This document shows positions 1 through 13,299 of a stretch of DNA of 64,000 bases, one piece after another. Origin of the DNA: Macrostomum lignano. Lineage: Eukaryota. The stretch lies in assembly GCA_002269645.1 (NCBI GenBank), contig NIVC01001776.1:1-64000 (forward strand), written 5' to 3'. The translations under genes and the position numbers were made by a program. Within the stretch, counting starts at the first letter, position 1. Each line of letters starts with the position of its first letter. A model generated the notes under the pieces. It had not been told where the DNA came from and ran no database searches. It saw nothing but the letters and a program-made list of their open reading frames with translations.

Positions 1-630
<630 letters not shown>

Positions 631-812
631 AATTGCAAGACACTTATTGCAAGGCAAGCCGTTGGCTTACAAATGCTTTGAATTGTATTTCAAATAGTTG
701 CTAAATGAGAAGCTTGCGGCAATCGGATTCAGGCAAAAGTTCCAATGGAAGCAGTAAGTTGAGACCTGGAGCGGCAGTACATGGAAGCAATAGGAATCCT
801 TCTACAGGTGAG

Positions 813-2808
813 TCACCCGTCCCCCATTCCCAGCTGCCGAATTTCTGCCCCGAGTTCATCCCCGACGACCAGCCGAGGCCCCAGTCGCGCACGTCGGCCT
901 CGGGTTCGGCGTCTTTGGCCCGCTGGTTCAGGTGCAGGAAGGCGTGGAAGGTGCAAGACTGGTCCGGGTCCAGTCGGTAGTTCCGGTAGCCGTGCGGCTC
1001 GAACCGCCGGCACTCCTCGGCGAAGCCAACAATCTGCAGGGCGAAGACGCTGTCACAGAGCTGCCGAAACGACTGCCGCATTTCCACCGTGCTGTTGTCG
1101 TACACAGGAAGAAATCGCTGCGGAGGGGCCAAGTGCGGGCACCAGAGACCGGGGCAGCCCTTTCCGCTGTGCGCCTGCGGAGGTTGGTGGCTTCGGTTTG
1201 AAACATAACGAATAATTGACAAAGGCAGCAAAAAATTTGGAATGCGCCTTCGCCGATAGGGTGCCTGCAGCTTCCGCAGTAGCTCTTATCGAGGACAGTC
1301 ATTATAAAATGACAGCATGAGGCAGGTCGGTCTGGAAAAGTGAACCGACTGTCTCGACGATATGTCGCTGACGTGTTGTGGTGCTATCCCCGGCTTTAAA
1401 GAAACGAACGTAGAAAATTGCGCTGACAACCTATATTAGCAAGTTATCATTCAATGCAAATCAACTGGCGGGTCCAGAGTCAGTGAGGAGGATGCAAGCA
1501 GTCCGTTCTGCTGAACTTTGAGACCGCCCGCAGAGGTGCACACACAGGCACAGCACTCACACACAAGATGTACAGCAGCCCTGACATTGTCTTTGCCAGT
1601 CATGTACACCCTCTGTGCCTTAGAAATTGGCCCACATTGGCGGAAGTCGCACGATGAAAATCGCCCGAAATTGATGTGGTCACGAATAGAATCGAACCAC
1701 CGTACTTTGACGCTCGCTACTTAGGATATCATGGGTTCAAACTTTGTCCAATATGGAGCCGCCTGCACAGGCTATGGAGAGAAGCAGAATGAGAGCTTAC
1801 TGCCGCGCACCTGCTGAAAGGTGAGCGCCACGTTGGTCAGCAGCACCGGGCCGGTGACCATCGCGGCTTGCATATGCCTGCCTCGGCTTCTTGCCGACCA
1901 GCGACTCGCGCAGGCGCTGCAGGTAGAAAACCAGAACGGGTGACCCGGAGCGCTGTACATGATGGCGTTGCTCACACAACCGGCGCATACGGAAGTTGTT
2001 CAGCGCGTGCAGGTAGGGCTCCAGCGGCAAGATCAAAGCGTGTCTGGCTGCGTACCCGTCCGCCCGGCTCAGGCAGCCGGTGTCGAGATCGGCGTACCAG
2101 CCGCCAATGGCGTGCAGCACGAAGGCTCTGGCGGTGTCCGACCGCTCCATGTAGTTGGACAGCTGTCGGTAGTACATGTCCTGCCAGGCTGAGTATCGCC
2201 GACTAATCAGCAGGTCGATCTCATCGTCCGTCCAGAAGTACATTTGGTAGTCCGGGTACACCTTTCTGTGATCAACGATGAAAATGTGGTCGGCAAGTAT
2301 TGAAAGAGATGATAGTCTCTGTAAGCGCACCGCGTACTATTTCGATTGCAGTCACTATTGTCACGCTTACTTGACATTAAATTTATTAATTGCAAAATAG
2401 ACAAAATGAAGCGATCAATTGTAACTTATGGCCGCTGTCTTATCTCTCACTGCATGTGATACACATAGGTCACAAGATGCCACAAGCATCAGGGAGAGAT
2501 TCAACTCACCGCCAGGACGCCAGCAGAACTCTGAACAGCTCCTTCATTCGGTACCCGCGGTACATGAAGTGGACTCGCTTCACAACCGGCAGCTCGGCCA
2601 GCGTCAACGACTGGTTGGCAGGCGGCAGCGGGTAACTCCTGGCAATCCTGAGCGCCTCGGCCGGCGCCAGCAGCGGCTCCGGCAGCAGCCAGATCAGCCC
2701 CGTCCAGAAGCTCGCCGAGAGCAGCAGGGTGGAGATGAGCGCGGCGATGAGCAGCAGCGCTCCGGCCAGCTTGCGGAGCGAGCACCGTCGGTCGATGACG
2801 AGCCACAT
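813..2808 (-). pseudogene. GT32-family (DXD) glycosyltransferase copy A, three exons (2808-2510, 2265-1811, 1174-813), frameshifted
   Basis: N-terminal TM helix (AGALLLIAALISTLLLSASFW); motifs FWTDDEI, ERSDTARAFVLHAIGGWYADLD and SNAIMYSAPGHPFW. GT-AG sites match paralog B in phase. Relative to B there are indels at about 1975 (+1), 1929 (-1), 1875 and 885, so this is a pseudogene or an assembly error. Confidence 0.75.
1530..1725 (-). mobile_element. tRNA-derived SINE family copy (intron 2 of GT32 A)
   Basis: Core gatgtacagcagccctga...catgtacaccctctgtgcctt shared with other copies; B-box-like GGTTCGATTC on the minus strand near 1690-1698. Confidence 0.6.
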
Positions 2809-4129
2809 CGGGACGAACCCGACGAGTCTTCGTACTGGGCGCAGAATTTCTGAGCGGCCGCTGGTCCGACTGCCGGTCCGGCTACTTTGCGACTATTCTG
2901 GCATTCATTTCGGAGCCAGTTAATTCCAGTGCTTGATGACCTGCTGGGCTGAATGTGTCGATGTTATCAATAGAAGGACCAGAAACTCAGAGGCACAGCT
3001 TCAACTAGCAAGCGAGGACTCGGCACTGGGCTGGCCAAGCCAATACCTTTATGTCATTTGCTGCAGAGCATTTCTCTGTTTCCGATCAACTCCTACCGGG
3101 ACGTTTATTGATTTCGTGCCTTCGCTTGTATTTAGGAAATTGGCGGCTTCGGAACGAACTTGGATAAATGATTTCTCAAGGAAATTGAGTATTGTGTATT
3201 TTGAAGCTCTTTTCTGCCAGGTTTATCCGCTGGGAAGAAATTGGACTGCGACTGCTTACAGGCCTCCTGTTGCAGAATTTTCTTCCCAGTGGGCTGCCAG
3301 CTGTGGCACATTAACTTGCTATTTGCTGGCATAAAAAAGAAAGACAAGTGCTGGCTGTGGGAGGCGCAGAGCATTGGGGAGGGGATTTATGCTGTAGGAT
3401 CGGGGCATGCGCATTGGGCAAGCTTGTTGACCGTGTCGCGAGAGTACAGCATAGAGAAAGTCTTTTAGAGGAGGTCGCGGAAGAGAAAAATTTGACAGGG
3501 AGAAGTTGCTGTTTACTTGAGCGGACGCAATACTTTGTTTTAATCAATACTCCTTCGTAGCCATAACCAGACTTGGCTTGGAGAAGGTCTTTGAGCGCAG
3601 TCGAAATGCTCCGGTGGGCAGTCACAGTCGAGCTGCTTGTATTGCAGGGTGACTCTCTCATTTCTGGAGAGCGCCTTTGGGCAGTTCTCAAGACTTTAAG
3701 CCGAAGTCCACTTGCTACCATGTCAATCAGGTTAACATCAGGAATTAGATTGTTAAAAGTACTAAGAGATGTACCCTTCAGTGCAAAATAAAGCGTAAAA
3801 GACATTTGACACAGATCCCTTGAGTCCTCTTCTTCAGATTCGACTGCTTAGAATTCTCAATATTTCGATCTGAATGCTTAGAATTCTTGTATCAAAGACT
3901 GCCTACTGAAGAGTAGCAAGAAAGGCATGCGAATCGGATCTTTTAGTGTGCAAAAAGGGCGCAAAGGACTCAGAACCCGGCCCTGGCTCTGAGCTAGTAT
4001 CGAGAGCAATCCCAGCCTCCTGCACTCTGCCGCATCAAATTAATAGTACCACACAGCTGGAAACGATCGAGCTTGGTGTCTTCTGCGGGACGCATTTTTA
4101 TGTCAGTAGCATTTTGCTAGTGCATTCGT

Positions 4130-5885
4130 CAGCGCGCTTGGTGACTGCTGCGGGTGGCCCCGAGTACATGGACCTGCGATTCGGCAAGCGAGAACAGAGC
4201 TGGAGAGGCTCCGTCTGAGCAGGCGGCCAACTCGTGAGGCGGAGGATGCTCTGGCGGCTGTCTACCTGCATCGACGACAGGCCGCTATTGACGACGTCAT
4301 CCAGGCCGTCACCGCCGCTGGATCCGATACCAAAGGGCGCGTGGCCTGGTCCACCATCAATGCTCTGACCGGGCGGAAGCGGCGCATCCCGCTCAGCCTG
4401 GCTGGCGATACTCTGGATGAGCGCAGAAATGAACTGCGCGAGTTCCTCGCCGCCATCGTCAACGCGGCGCCGCCCCCGCTGCTAAACGATTTGAGGCTGC
4501 CGCCGGGGACGCCACTACCGACAGAGAAGAAGAGTCTCAATGTAGCACCATTCAGCACAGCCGACGTTGTGATGCTCACCTAGAAGACTCTGGGCGGCAA
4601 AACGCTGGGTCCGGACGAGATGCTCATCGAGGCGCTGCGCATCCACTGTGTGGCCAGCGAGGTCGCCAGCGTGATGAACTGCGCGCTTTTCGGTGAGGCG
4701 GCACCCAACGAATGGACCACGGCGTACATCGTCGCCGTTCCGGAGAAGCCGGGCACCACGTGGCTTGAGGAGTACCGAGGTATCTGTCTGCAGTTCTGCG
4801 TAGCGAAGCTGTTCAACTAGAAGCTGCGTCGTACCTGCGTCCTGAGCAGAACGGGTTCCCGCCCACCGCGGCACAGTGGCTCAGATCCTGGCTCTTCGCC
4901 GAGTCATCGAGGAAGCGCGGACACGCCAGTAGATCCTGATTGTTATCTTCATAGATTTTAGGAAGGCTTCGACTCGGTCATGAGGGCCGTGCTCCCAATG
5001 GTGCTTCGTGCGTACAACGTACCAGAGCAGCTGATCTCCGCCGTCATGGCGCTGTATCACGGCACGAACTCTGCTGTGCTAACACCGAACGGCCTGTCGG
5101 ATTTCTTTGAGACATCCTGTGGGGTGCTTCAGGGAGATAAGCTTGCGCGTTCCTGTTCGTCCTGGTGCTTGACTGGGTGCTACGAACTGCTGTCCCTTCT
5201 AACGACGACGGCTTCCTGTTGCAGCGACGCGGGGATCGACGCCAACCGGAAAGGCGGCTCAGCGTGCTGGGCTACGCCGATGATCTCGCCCTGCTGTCCT
5301 CGACCGTCGAGGGAGCCCAACGCCAGCTGGACCGGCTGGTGAGCGTTGCGGTGAGTGTCGGCCTGGTGGTCAACATGCAGAAGACCGTCGTGCTCTGCGT
5401 GCCGGACGACATCGAGGCTGCAGTTTTCTGCCGAGGAGCCGACGGACAGGTGACGAAGCTCCCGTGCTATCAGCAGTTCGTCTACTTTCGGTCTCGTGCC
5501 TGACGTTCACGAGGACCTGCGACGACGCCGTGGGCTTGCCTGGGCAGCCCTGCCTGACCGCCAGAGGACGGCGTTGTTCCAGGCGGTGATTGAGACCACC
5601 CTGTTGTACAACAGTAGACCGTGCTGTCGTACAACGCCGAGACCTGGACCCTGACGGGGTCGCTCGAATAGCAGGTCGATGCGGCGCACGCTGGCCTGCT
5701 GCGCGCCGCCTACAAGATCGGCTACGAGCGAGTTACCGATGCGGCACTCTATCGCCGCACCGGCCTGTCCCGTCCCAGCGAACTGTTGCGCCAACTGTTA
5801 CTCCAGGCCATATCATCCAAGCCGGAGGCGGTAGGCGGTGCGGCCTACGTTCGCGCCGAGGCCCTGAAATGCGCCCTGTGACGTT
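4130..5885 (+). mobile_element. Decayed non-LTR retrotransposon RT region (RTE-like)
   Basis: Broken frames give LGPDEM..., WTTAYIVAVPEKPG...YRGICL, EQNGF, the DFRKAFDSV-like motif, GVLQGD and LGYADDLALLS, with multiple stops and frameshifts. The clade call is inferred. Confidence 0.88.
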
Positions 5886-7113
5886 GTTTTTGCTTGCCTC
5901 GATTGACTAGCTATTAACTGGTTGACAGCGTATTTTGTTGTTGTTGTCAGTGGCACAAGCCGCATCTGAGTGTTGTAGCTTGAAATAGAATAATAAGACA
6001 CACGGGCTTATTGTCAGTGCAGTTCTACCTGGGTGGGTGGGGCTTCTCACAATAGGGAGGGCTCGCCACTTCTGACCGGCAGGGCATGCCGAGGTCTGAG
6101 GCTGCTGGATTCTCTTCTGCCAGGCTGTCATCAGCAGGTTGAAGACATGCAGTGGTCTTCAACCGCTCATCGGCCGCAGTGCTTTTTGGGCCAGAGAGTA
6201 GACACTGGCTGCTGAAGCTTCTGGCCCACAGTTGTTTCCCTAGAGTCAGATCGCCAGTGATGTCGGGGTTTTGGGCTCGGTGTCAAAAGAAGTGCACACC
6301 TGTTCTTCCCGCGTTCATCAGTACATCGGCACTTCTGTCTCAGTCGTTAAAGTTGCGGTTTTTGCGCGCTTGGGTCGCATTAATTTTGCTCGCTTTACAG
6401 GCTTTACAGAGGATTTGAAGATGATTTGGAAGATGGGATTCAAGTCATGGAGTTTCAGCTGATGGATTTCAGGGAATGGAATTCCGGTGATGGGAGTTCT
6501 TCCCCTCTCTTCTCCGAAGGAGGAGTTCCACTCGTTTACTACAAGCTTGACGCTGCTGATAAAAACATTAACCTACATCGGCCAATATTGTATCCTGGGA
6601 AACAGCTTTGATGCCACTCTGATGCAAGAACTTGAGGCCACACCAAAACTCCGGTTCGTACTAATTCTCTTCACAATGAAGCGCATTAAGCATAAGAACA
6701 AAATATATTATATCTGTTTACTTAAGCTACTGATAATAATGGAATAACAAGCAGTAAGCATCGAAGTTCAAGTGCCCGCACTTATTAATACTCATAAAGG
6801 ACAATGTAAAAATACATTTCGAAATCAAGCAGCAGAGCCAGTGTTAAAGCCGTAATTGTAATGGTTATAAAAAATGAGCAATTCATGAGGTCAAGTTGAA
6901 GGCTCTCAAAGTGGAATTGGTGGCTCCTCAATCCGAAAATGCCCTTGGGAGGCGCCCCTAGATGATGGAGGAATACAGACTTGAGTATTAATCTGTAGCT
7001 TACGTTATGCCTTCCCATATCCGCACCCTTCTCTGGGGGTTAATTGACCGCAAACGTTGGCTCAGATAAAGTTGAGAAAGCGGTTCTGTAGAAGAAAAGA
7101 GCTCTTTGAACTG

Positions 7114-9727
7114 TTACAGTTTCTCTATTTCGGCAACCAGACTGTTGCCAAGCACAAAGTCGAGACCCAATTTGCGCGCGTCGACTTTTTGTCGTCCAGC
7201 GTCACTCTTCTTCTCGTTCAGGTGATAGAACTCGTGATAGGTGTGCGACTCGGTGGGGTCCAGCGGGGCATTGAGGTACTCGTGCGCCTCGAGCCGCCTG
7301 CACTCGTCCTCAAACTGTCTGCTGTCGAACTGTTTCCTGAGCCGGAGGCTGGTGCACATTCTCCAAAACGTCTGCCGCGTCTCCTCAAAGCTGTCATCGT
7401 AGTGAGGCAGGAACTTCACCGGCGGGGGCAGATGAGGACACCAGGAGCCCGGGCAGCCCCGGTCTTTGTTGGCCTGCGATGCAAGTTTAGTAAATTAATT
7501 TTCATTTTTAGTATATAGGATGACAGCAATGACAGCTGACGAATTCGGCAAGAAATTGTCTGTGAAAATTTCACTTTTCACATTTTCATATTTCACTACA
7601 GAAGGAGCGCCAGCTACAGAGGGGGCGCCAGCTACAGAGGGGGCGCCAGCTACAAAGGGGGCGCCAGCTACAGAGGGGGCGCCAGCTACAAAGGGGGGCG
7701 CCAGCTACAGAGGGGGCGCCAGCTACAAAGGGGGGCGCCAGCTACAGAGGGGGCGCCAGCTACAGAGGGGGCGCCAGCTACAGAGAAGGGCGCCAGCTAC
7801 AGAGGGGGCGCCAGCTACAAAGGGGGCGCCAGCTACAGAGGGGGCGCCAGCTACAAAGGGGGGCGCCAGCTACAGAGGGGGCGCCAGCTACAGAGGGGGC
7901 GCCAGCTACAGAGAAGGGCGCCAGCTACAGAGGGGGCGCCAGCTACAGAGGGGGGGCGCCAGCTACAGAGGAGGCGCCAGCTACAGAGGGGGGGCGCCAG
8001 CTATAGAGGAGGCGCCAGCTACAGAGGGGGGCGCCAGCTACAGAGGAGGCGCCAGCTACAGAGGGGGGCGCCAGCTACAGAGGAGGCGCCAGCTACGGAG
8101 GAGGCGCCAGCTACAGAGGGGGTGTGCCAGCTACAGAGGAGGCGCCAGCTACAGAGGGGGGCGCCAGCTACAGAGGAGGCGCCAGCTACAGAGGGGGGCG
8201 CCAGCTACAGAGGAGGCGCCAGCTACGGAGGAGACGCCAGCTACAGAGGAGGCGCCAGCTACAGAGGGGGGGCGCCAGCTACAGAGGAGGCGCCAGCTAC
8301 AGAGGGGGGGGGCGCCAGCTACAGAGGAGGCGCCAGCTACAGAGGGGGGCGCCAGCTACAGAGGAGGCGCCAGCTACGGAGGAGGCGCCAGCTACAGAGG
8401 GGGGCGCCAGCTACAGAGGAGGCGCCAGCTACGGAGGAGACGCCAGCTACAGAGGAGGCGCCAGCTACAGAGGGGGGGCGCCAGCTACAGAGGAGGCGCC
8501 AGCTACAGAGGAGGGGGGGCGCCAGCTACAGAGGAGGCGCCAGCTACAGTACAGAGGCAGACAATAGAGATCACTGTAAATGCTGGCTGCAACGAGCTAT
8601 CTGTGAGTGAGTGCAGGACAATGCTATTCAAGATATTCAAGACTGGCAACTCATGCTCCCATTTAGACTTTCACAATAAATAGCCGCCGGCCAACCCACC
8701 TGCTGGAAGATATGCGTGCAGTGAGTAAGAAGCACAGGTCCCGTTGTGCCCGCCGCCTGCGTTGTACTTGTTCGAGACTCCTTGCCGACCAGCGACTCGC
8801 GCAGGAGCTCCAGGTAGAACATCCAGAACGGGTGACCCGGAGCGCTGTACATGATGGCGTTGCTCACCAACCGGCGCATACGGAAGTTGTTCAGCGCGTG
8901 CAGGTAGGGCTCCAGCGGTAAGATCAAAGCGTGTCTGGCTGCGTACCCGTCCGCCCGGCTCAGGCAGCCGGTGTCGAGGTCGGCGTACCAGCCGCCAATG
9001 GCGTGCAGCACGAAGGCTCTGGCGGTGTCCGACCGCTCCATGTAGTTGGAGAGATTGAAGGTGTACATGTCCTGCCAGGCTGGGTAACGCCGACTAATCA
9101 GCAGGTCGATCTCATCGTCCGTCCAAAAGTACATTCTGTATTCTGGGTACACCTTTCTGGCAAGAGAAAATTGTGATTGAAAATGGTTTACTCGGTCAGT
9201 TCGATACGTGTGTGCTGGGTGGCATTCAGTAGCCATGATCGAAATGCAATGATTCAGCAGTCAAGTGCATTATAGTCATTTATATTGAGATGCGCTCTGA
9301 TTGACTAATTTGCACTTGAACTGGAATGTATATACTTGTAACGACATACTCAGTCTTACCTCCAAGACTTGAGCAGCGGAGCGAAGTGGACATCCAGCTT
9401 GTAGCCTTTGTACATGAAATGAATTTTCTTTGTCACTGGCAGGCTGATTATGCGGTGACTCTGGTCCAATTTCGAAATAGAGAATCTTTCAGCAATCTCT
9501 TTTAGCTCCGACTGCGGCAGCTCAGGGTCCGGGTGCAGCTCAACAGAGAGCTCTTCTATGCTTGAGAATAGCTGGTTCAACAGGACAATGAGCAGCACAA
9601 TGGCGGTGATTAGCGGCAAGGATAACAGCAGGTGTTGGCGCAGACCTCTGGCCTGCAAGCGATTGCTCTGCATTCGGTTGCAGAGATGACGGAGGGCCGT
9701 TTTCATGCAGCTGCAAACTGGAGCCAT
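7114..9727 (-). CDS. GT32-family (DXD) glycosyltransferase copy B, apparently intact, three exons (~9727-9360, 9156-8700, 7473-7114)
   Basis: TM helix (LLLSLPLITAIVLLIVLL), KIHFMYK, RKVYPEYRMYFWTDDEI, GGWYADLD, APGHPFW and TGPVLLT. Splice sites AG|GTAAGA, cag|AAAGG, CAG|GTGGG and gcag|GCC keep the frame. The start ATG is uncertain (9727, 9706 or downstream). Confidence 0.82.
7596..8549. repeat. G-rich minisatellite, unit about 18-22 bp (GGCGCCAGCTACAGAG + variable G tract), in intron 2 of GT32 B
   Basis: Direct reading of roughly 50 tandem units. The ATEEAP/GGASYR/RRQLQ ORFs are its translations. Confidence 0.95.
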
Positions 9728-11169
9728 TTGCCAGTTCAATAATTGGTAAATATTCGCTTTTTCTGTTATGCTTATCTTATAAATGAAGCAAAACAATCCA
9801 ATAAATTGTTTTGTTACTATGGTGGCACAGCAAAACTTGCGACTATGTGTAGCTCAATGAATGCGACGCATATAGCCCAAGTGCACAATTTTCTTCGGTT
9901 AAATATATTCCTGGCTCTACCACAGCCACTCAAGTGAGGCTTTCGCTAGAAGTTTAATACAATATTGGTTATGCCATTCGGGGGCTGCAAGCTTTGGGCA
10001 GCTGAGTTGCAATTCACGCCCTCCCCCCCCAGTACTCGCGCAGTCCCCGCCTTCTTAGCTATTGTTCAGTGGCGCGCGAATTGGCACAGTAAGACGGAGT
10101 GTGCTTCAGCTAATGTAACCTCTCTCTCTCCCTCCCTCTCTCCCTCTCCCAACATTGCATGTTGCTAACAACAGATATGCCTTTCGATGCGTAAGGTATA
10201 TATATGTACTGTGATTTTTTTCCATTTTCTGGCTCAAACTATATGAAGCGGTTGAATATTGAACGTACGTACATGTACGCTCATCTGTATTCACGATCAC
10301 GACCTATATGCGTAAGTCTGTTCCACAGGTCTTGAACTTCTATAAAGTTTCTTCTAAAGTTCGATCTTAGTGCCACTGAGTCACCGAGTGTGATGTGCAA
10401 TATTGTGCCAGCACCTAATAGCAACATTTAATGTAAATAACCAAAAACAGCTAGTAGGCTACTTATCAGTTCGAGTGACGCAATTTAAACAGCTCAAACC
10501 CTTTAAACAAAAACCAACTTGAGTATGCACTAGCTGTGCACATGCTAGGGCCAGGGGGGGGGGTAATTTTATAAAAATGTAATCTTTTTATCATAATAGT
10601 TGAATGCAGTAGATTTGCCTAACATTTACTTTTAGTAGGTCGCTGCCACGCTGTGGTGATGCGCGGAAAAAATCCTGAGACAGTTGGGTTTAGCTATAGA
10701 ACTATAGTCTGAGAAATCTTCTTAGTTTTGGATCACTACATGTATGGATCAGGAAATGCAATGCAAGCTGGTCACGAAGTCCCAGAGAACTTTTGGTTTA
10801 TTTAAACAGCGCTTTTAGCTACGCTTCCGCAGATGATAATTCGCTAAGGCTATAAGTTTATTAATTAGGGTTAATTTCACGCAGTGTCAAAAAAGTTAAT
10901 AGACGTACCATGGCTATAGTCGGAAGGGAGCTGGTCGGGACTTAGGCAATTCGAACTTAAAGGTAGGGACCTCGAGTATTGGAAGTTTAAGACAAGGGTT
11001 CAGGGGGGGGGGCAAATTACACACGAGTCTGACCCCCTGGCGAGTGCAGACTCTTTTATCCCATGAGCCACCGGGTGGGAAAGGGTTACGGATGTTGACG
11101 ATTAACACCGGGTAAAACCCAATTTTAATCATTTAATTGTATATAGTCATACATTAATTGACTATACAT

Positions 11170-11452
11170 GTACCTGCCCTATTGGGCAGACGTGCAACGA
11201 CAGTTCAGCCGCAGCATCTCAAGGACTGCGTAATCAAGCTGTTCATTCCAACGACTGGGGATTCGCCACACACGCCCTCAATTACCCCAGCTAATACGGA
11301 ACCCATTGTTACAGCTGGATGAATTTAGTGAAAATGCAGAGTTACATGTAATATAAGTGCTCAAAGACGCAAACAATTGTTCCGAATGGATCGAGAATCT
11401 AACCCGGCCCGACCTTTCAGTCATGAGTCCGACGCTATAACCAGCAGACTAC
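11170..11452 (-). mobile_element. Second tRNA-derived SINE-like element
   Basis: The minus strand reads GTAGTCTGCTGGTTATAGCGTCGGACTCATGACTGAAAGGTC...GGTTAGATTCTCG (tRNA-like head with A/B-box-like motifs), followed by a body containing CCAGCTGTAACAATGGGTTCC. Confidence 0.45.
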
Positions 11453-13299
11453 ATGTACCTTTGGTAGGTGATACATAACATTACATTATGCATAATATAC
11501 ATGTACATTGTGCAATGTGCATATACTGTACGGCACGTACATATAGTACACATTAAAATATAATTAACGGGATGGGTTCGCGTTTTAAATTGGGTGGAAA
11601 ATGACTTTCCACGCAAGGAAAGTATGACGCATTACACGAAGTGGAAAGGTTTTCCACTGGGGGAGCTTTACGATAAATTGTAGGCTTCACCTACCAGTAC
11701 CTAGTCTTGTTTTTTTCATGAAGTTCGCTTTCCGCTAGTTTCTAGACTCAGCAAACATTAGGTTAAATTATTAATGAATCTGCATTTTCTTATGAATTTC
11801 AGCATTATCAGGCAAAATTTTAAACTTTGTCAGAGATAAACATCTTTTGTTATACCACTGACAACAAAGCGCTAATTTGGTAAACGCTCGTTCTAAGAAA
11901 ATGGTAGGCGTCAGATTTAATCAGGATTGCTAAGACGCACAAAATGCAATGATCAGATCGTATTTTGCTAAGAAATTACCTTTCTCTTTTTTGCCATGTA
12001 CGAGTAAAAGTAATATGCCTTACATACGACACTTTTAGTTGTCAACTGTGCATATGTATTGAACCAAATACCATGTTACCATTACCATATACCATGTAGC
12101 TTTCTAATTCTTGTGTGATTTTTTTGTAATTTTCTTCTGAAATGGCTATTGTAGTAAATATCTCTTAAACTATTTTAAAGTAACTCTTCCTTTTAAGCAT
12201 CATAAGGCCAGAATCTGTATTCTCCAGTGAGATCACATCATATGGGATTATGGGCTATGGCCAAGGTCTTAAAAGTTTGACAGTCAATTCGTCTCAAACC
12301 TCAATCGTCTGAATCTGATGCCAGTTCGTCTGCCACTCTCTCATCTGAAAAATACAGCATTCATTTCGTCTGGCACAGAATATTAAATACAATGTCTGTG
12401 TTATGATATTATAATGAGATAGTGATAAGATAACAAACTCATTTTTTTAAATATTGATATCTGACAACTATCTAATATTATTACTAGGCCCCCTATTATA
12501 AGTATTAGGCCTAGCATCAATTGAATTAAAGCAATTCTGCTAATTGCTATTTATTTTTATATAAGTAATAATGTGTCCTATTTTTATATAAGAATTGCAT
12601 CCTAGAATTGGCATCCTGGCACTGCCACTTTGCACATATTAGGAATTGAAAAGAAGCACACATTTAATTATTTTTCAACTTAAATGAATGTCAAAGCATA
12701 CTTATTGCAATAAGAGACACATTTTGTGACACAAAACTATTTAGTTTAGTTATAATTATTATTTTTAGATTAATCTTGAACTAATTTTCAATTTTAATTT
12801 TTAATTATATTCATATAGTTATTATAATCCGTGGCTTTATCTCAGTAAGTTTCAACTGATTGTCTCTGAGTATTGCTTGTAGTGACTAGATGGCTGGACA
12901 TCCGCCTACACTATACATACCCACCTACTGAAATTATATCATTGTCTACCTAACAAGTGCTATGTTTTTGAATAGTTTTGTGTCATTAAATATGTTTCCC
13001 ATTGCAATAAATATTCTTTGGTTTCATTTAAAAAAATCTCAATAAAAATTTATCTATAATTTATTGAACATTTATAACTAAAAAGTATATAGTCAATTAT
13101 AGCAAATCACATTAGTTTAATTAAATTAATGCAATAGCTACTTTAAAACATACAAAGATTCATTATGTAATCTAAATGCAAAATTATTAACTACTTTGGG
13201 TATGTCATAAGATATAATTAATGTCACTAATGTGAAAATAGACAAACTTACAATTGCAGATGAACAAAACTGTATCAATCAACAACATAGTTGTCCCCC

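Noticed and set aside
2900-3900. Several 70-160-aa ORFs between the GT32 genes (also 6000-6750)
   Set aside because: No recognisable motif or consistent splice structure; possibly decayed repeat sequence.
3899-3935. Hammerhead-like CTGAAGA...GAAA flanked by tgcct/aggca
   Set aside because: No stem II closing pair and no correctly placed stem III or NUH site.
7520-8683. 387-aa ATEEAP/GGASYR ORF resembling a mucin or antifreeze protein
   Set aside because: Minisatellite open in all frames with variable unit length, lying in an intron of the opposite-strand GT32 gene.
813-9727. Bacterial contamination as the source of the GT32 genes
   Set aside because: Both copies have conserved-phase GT-AG introns containing eukaryotic repeats.
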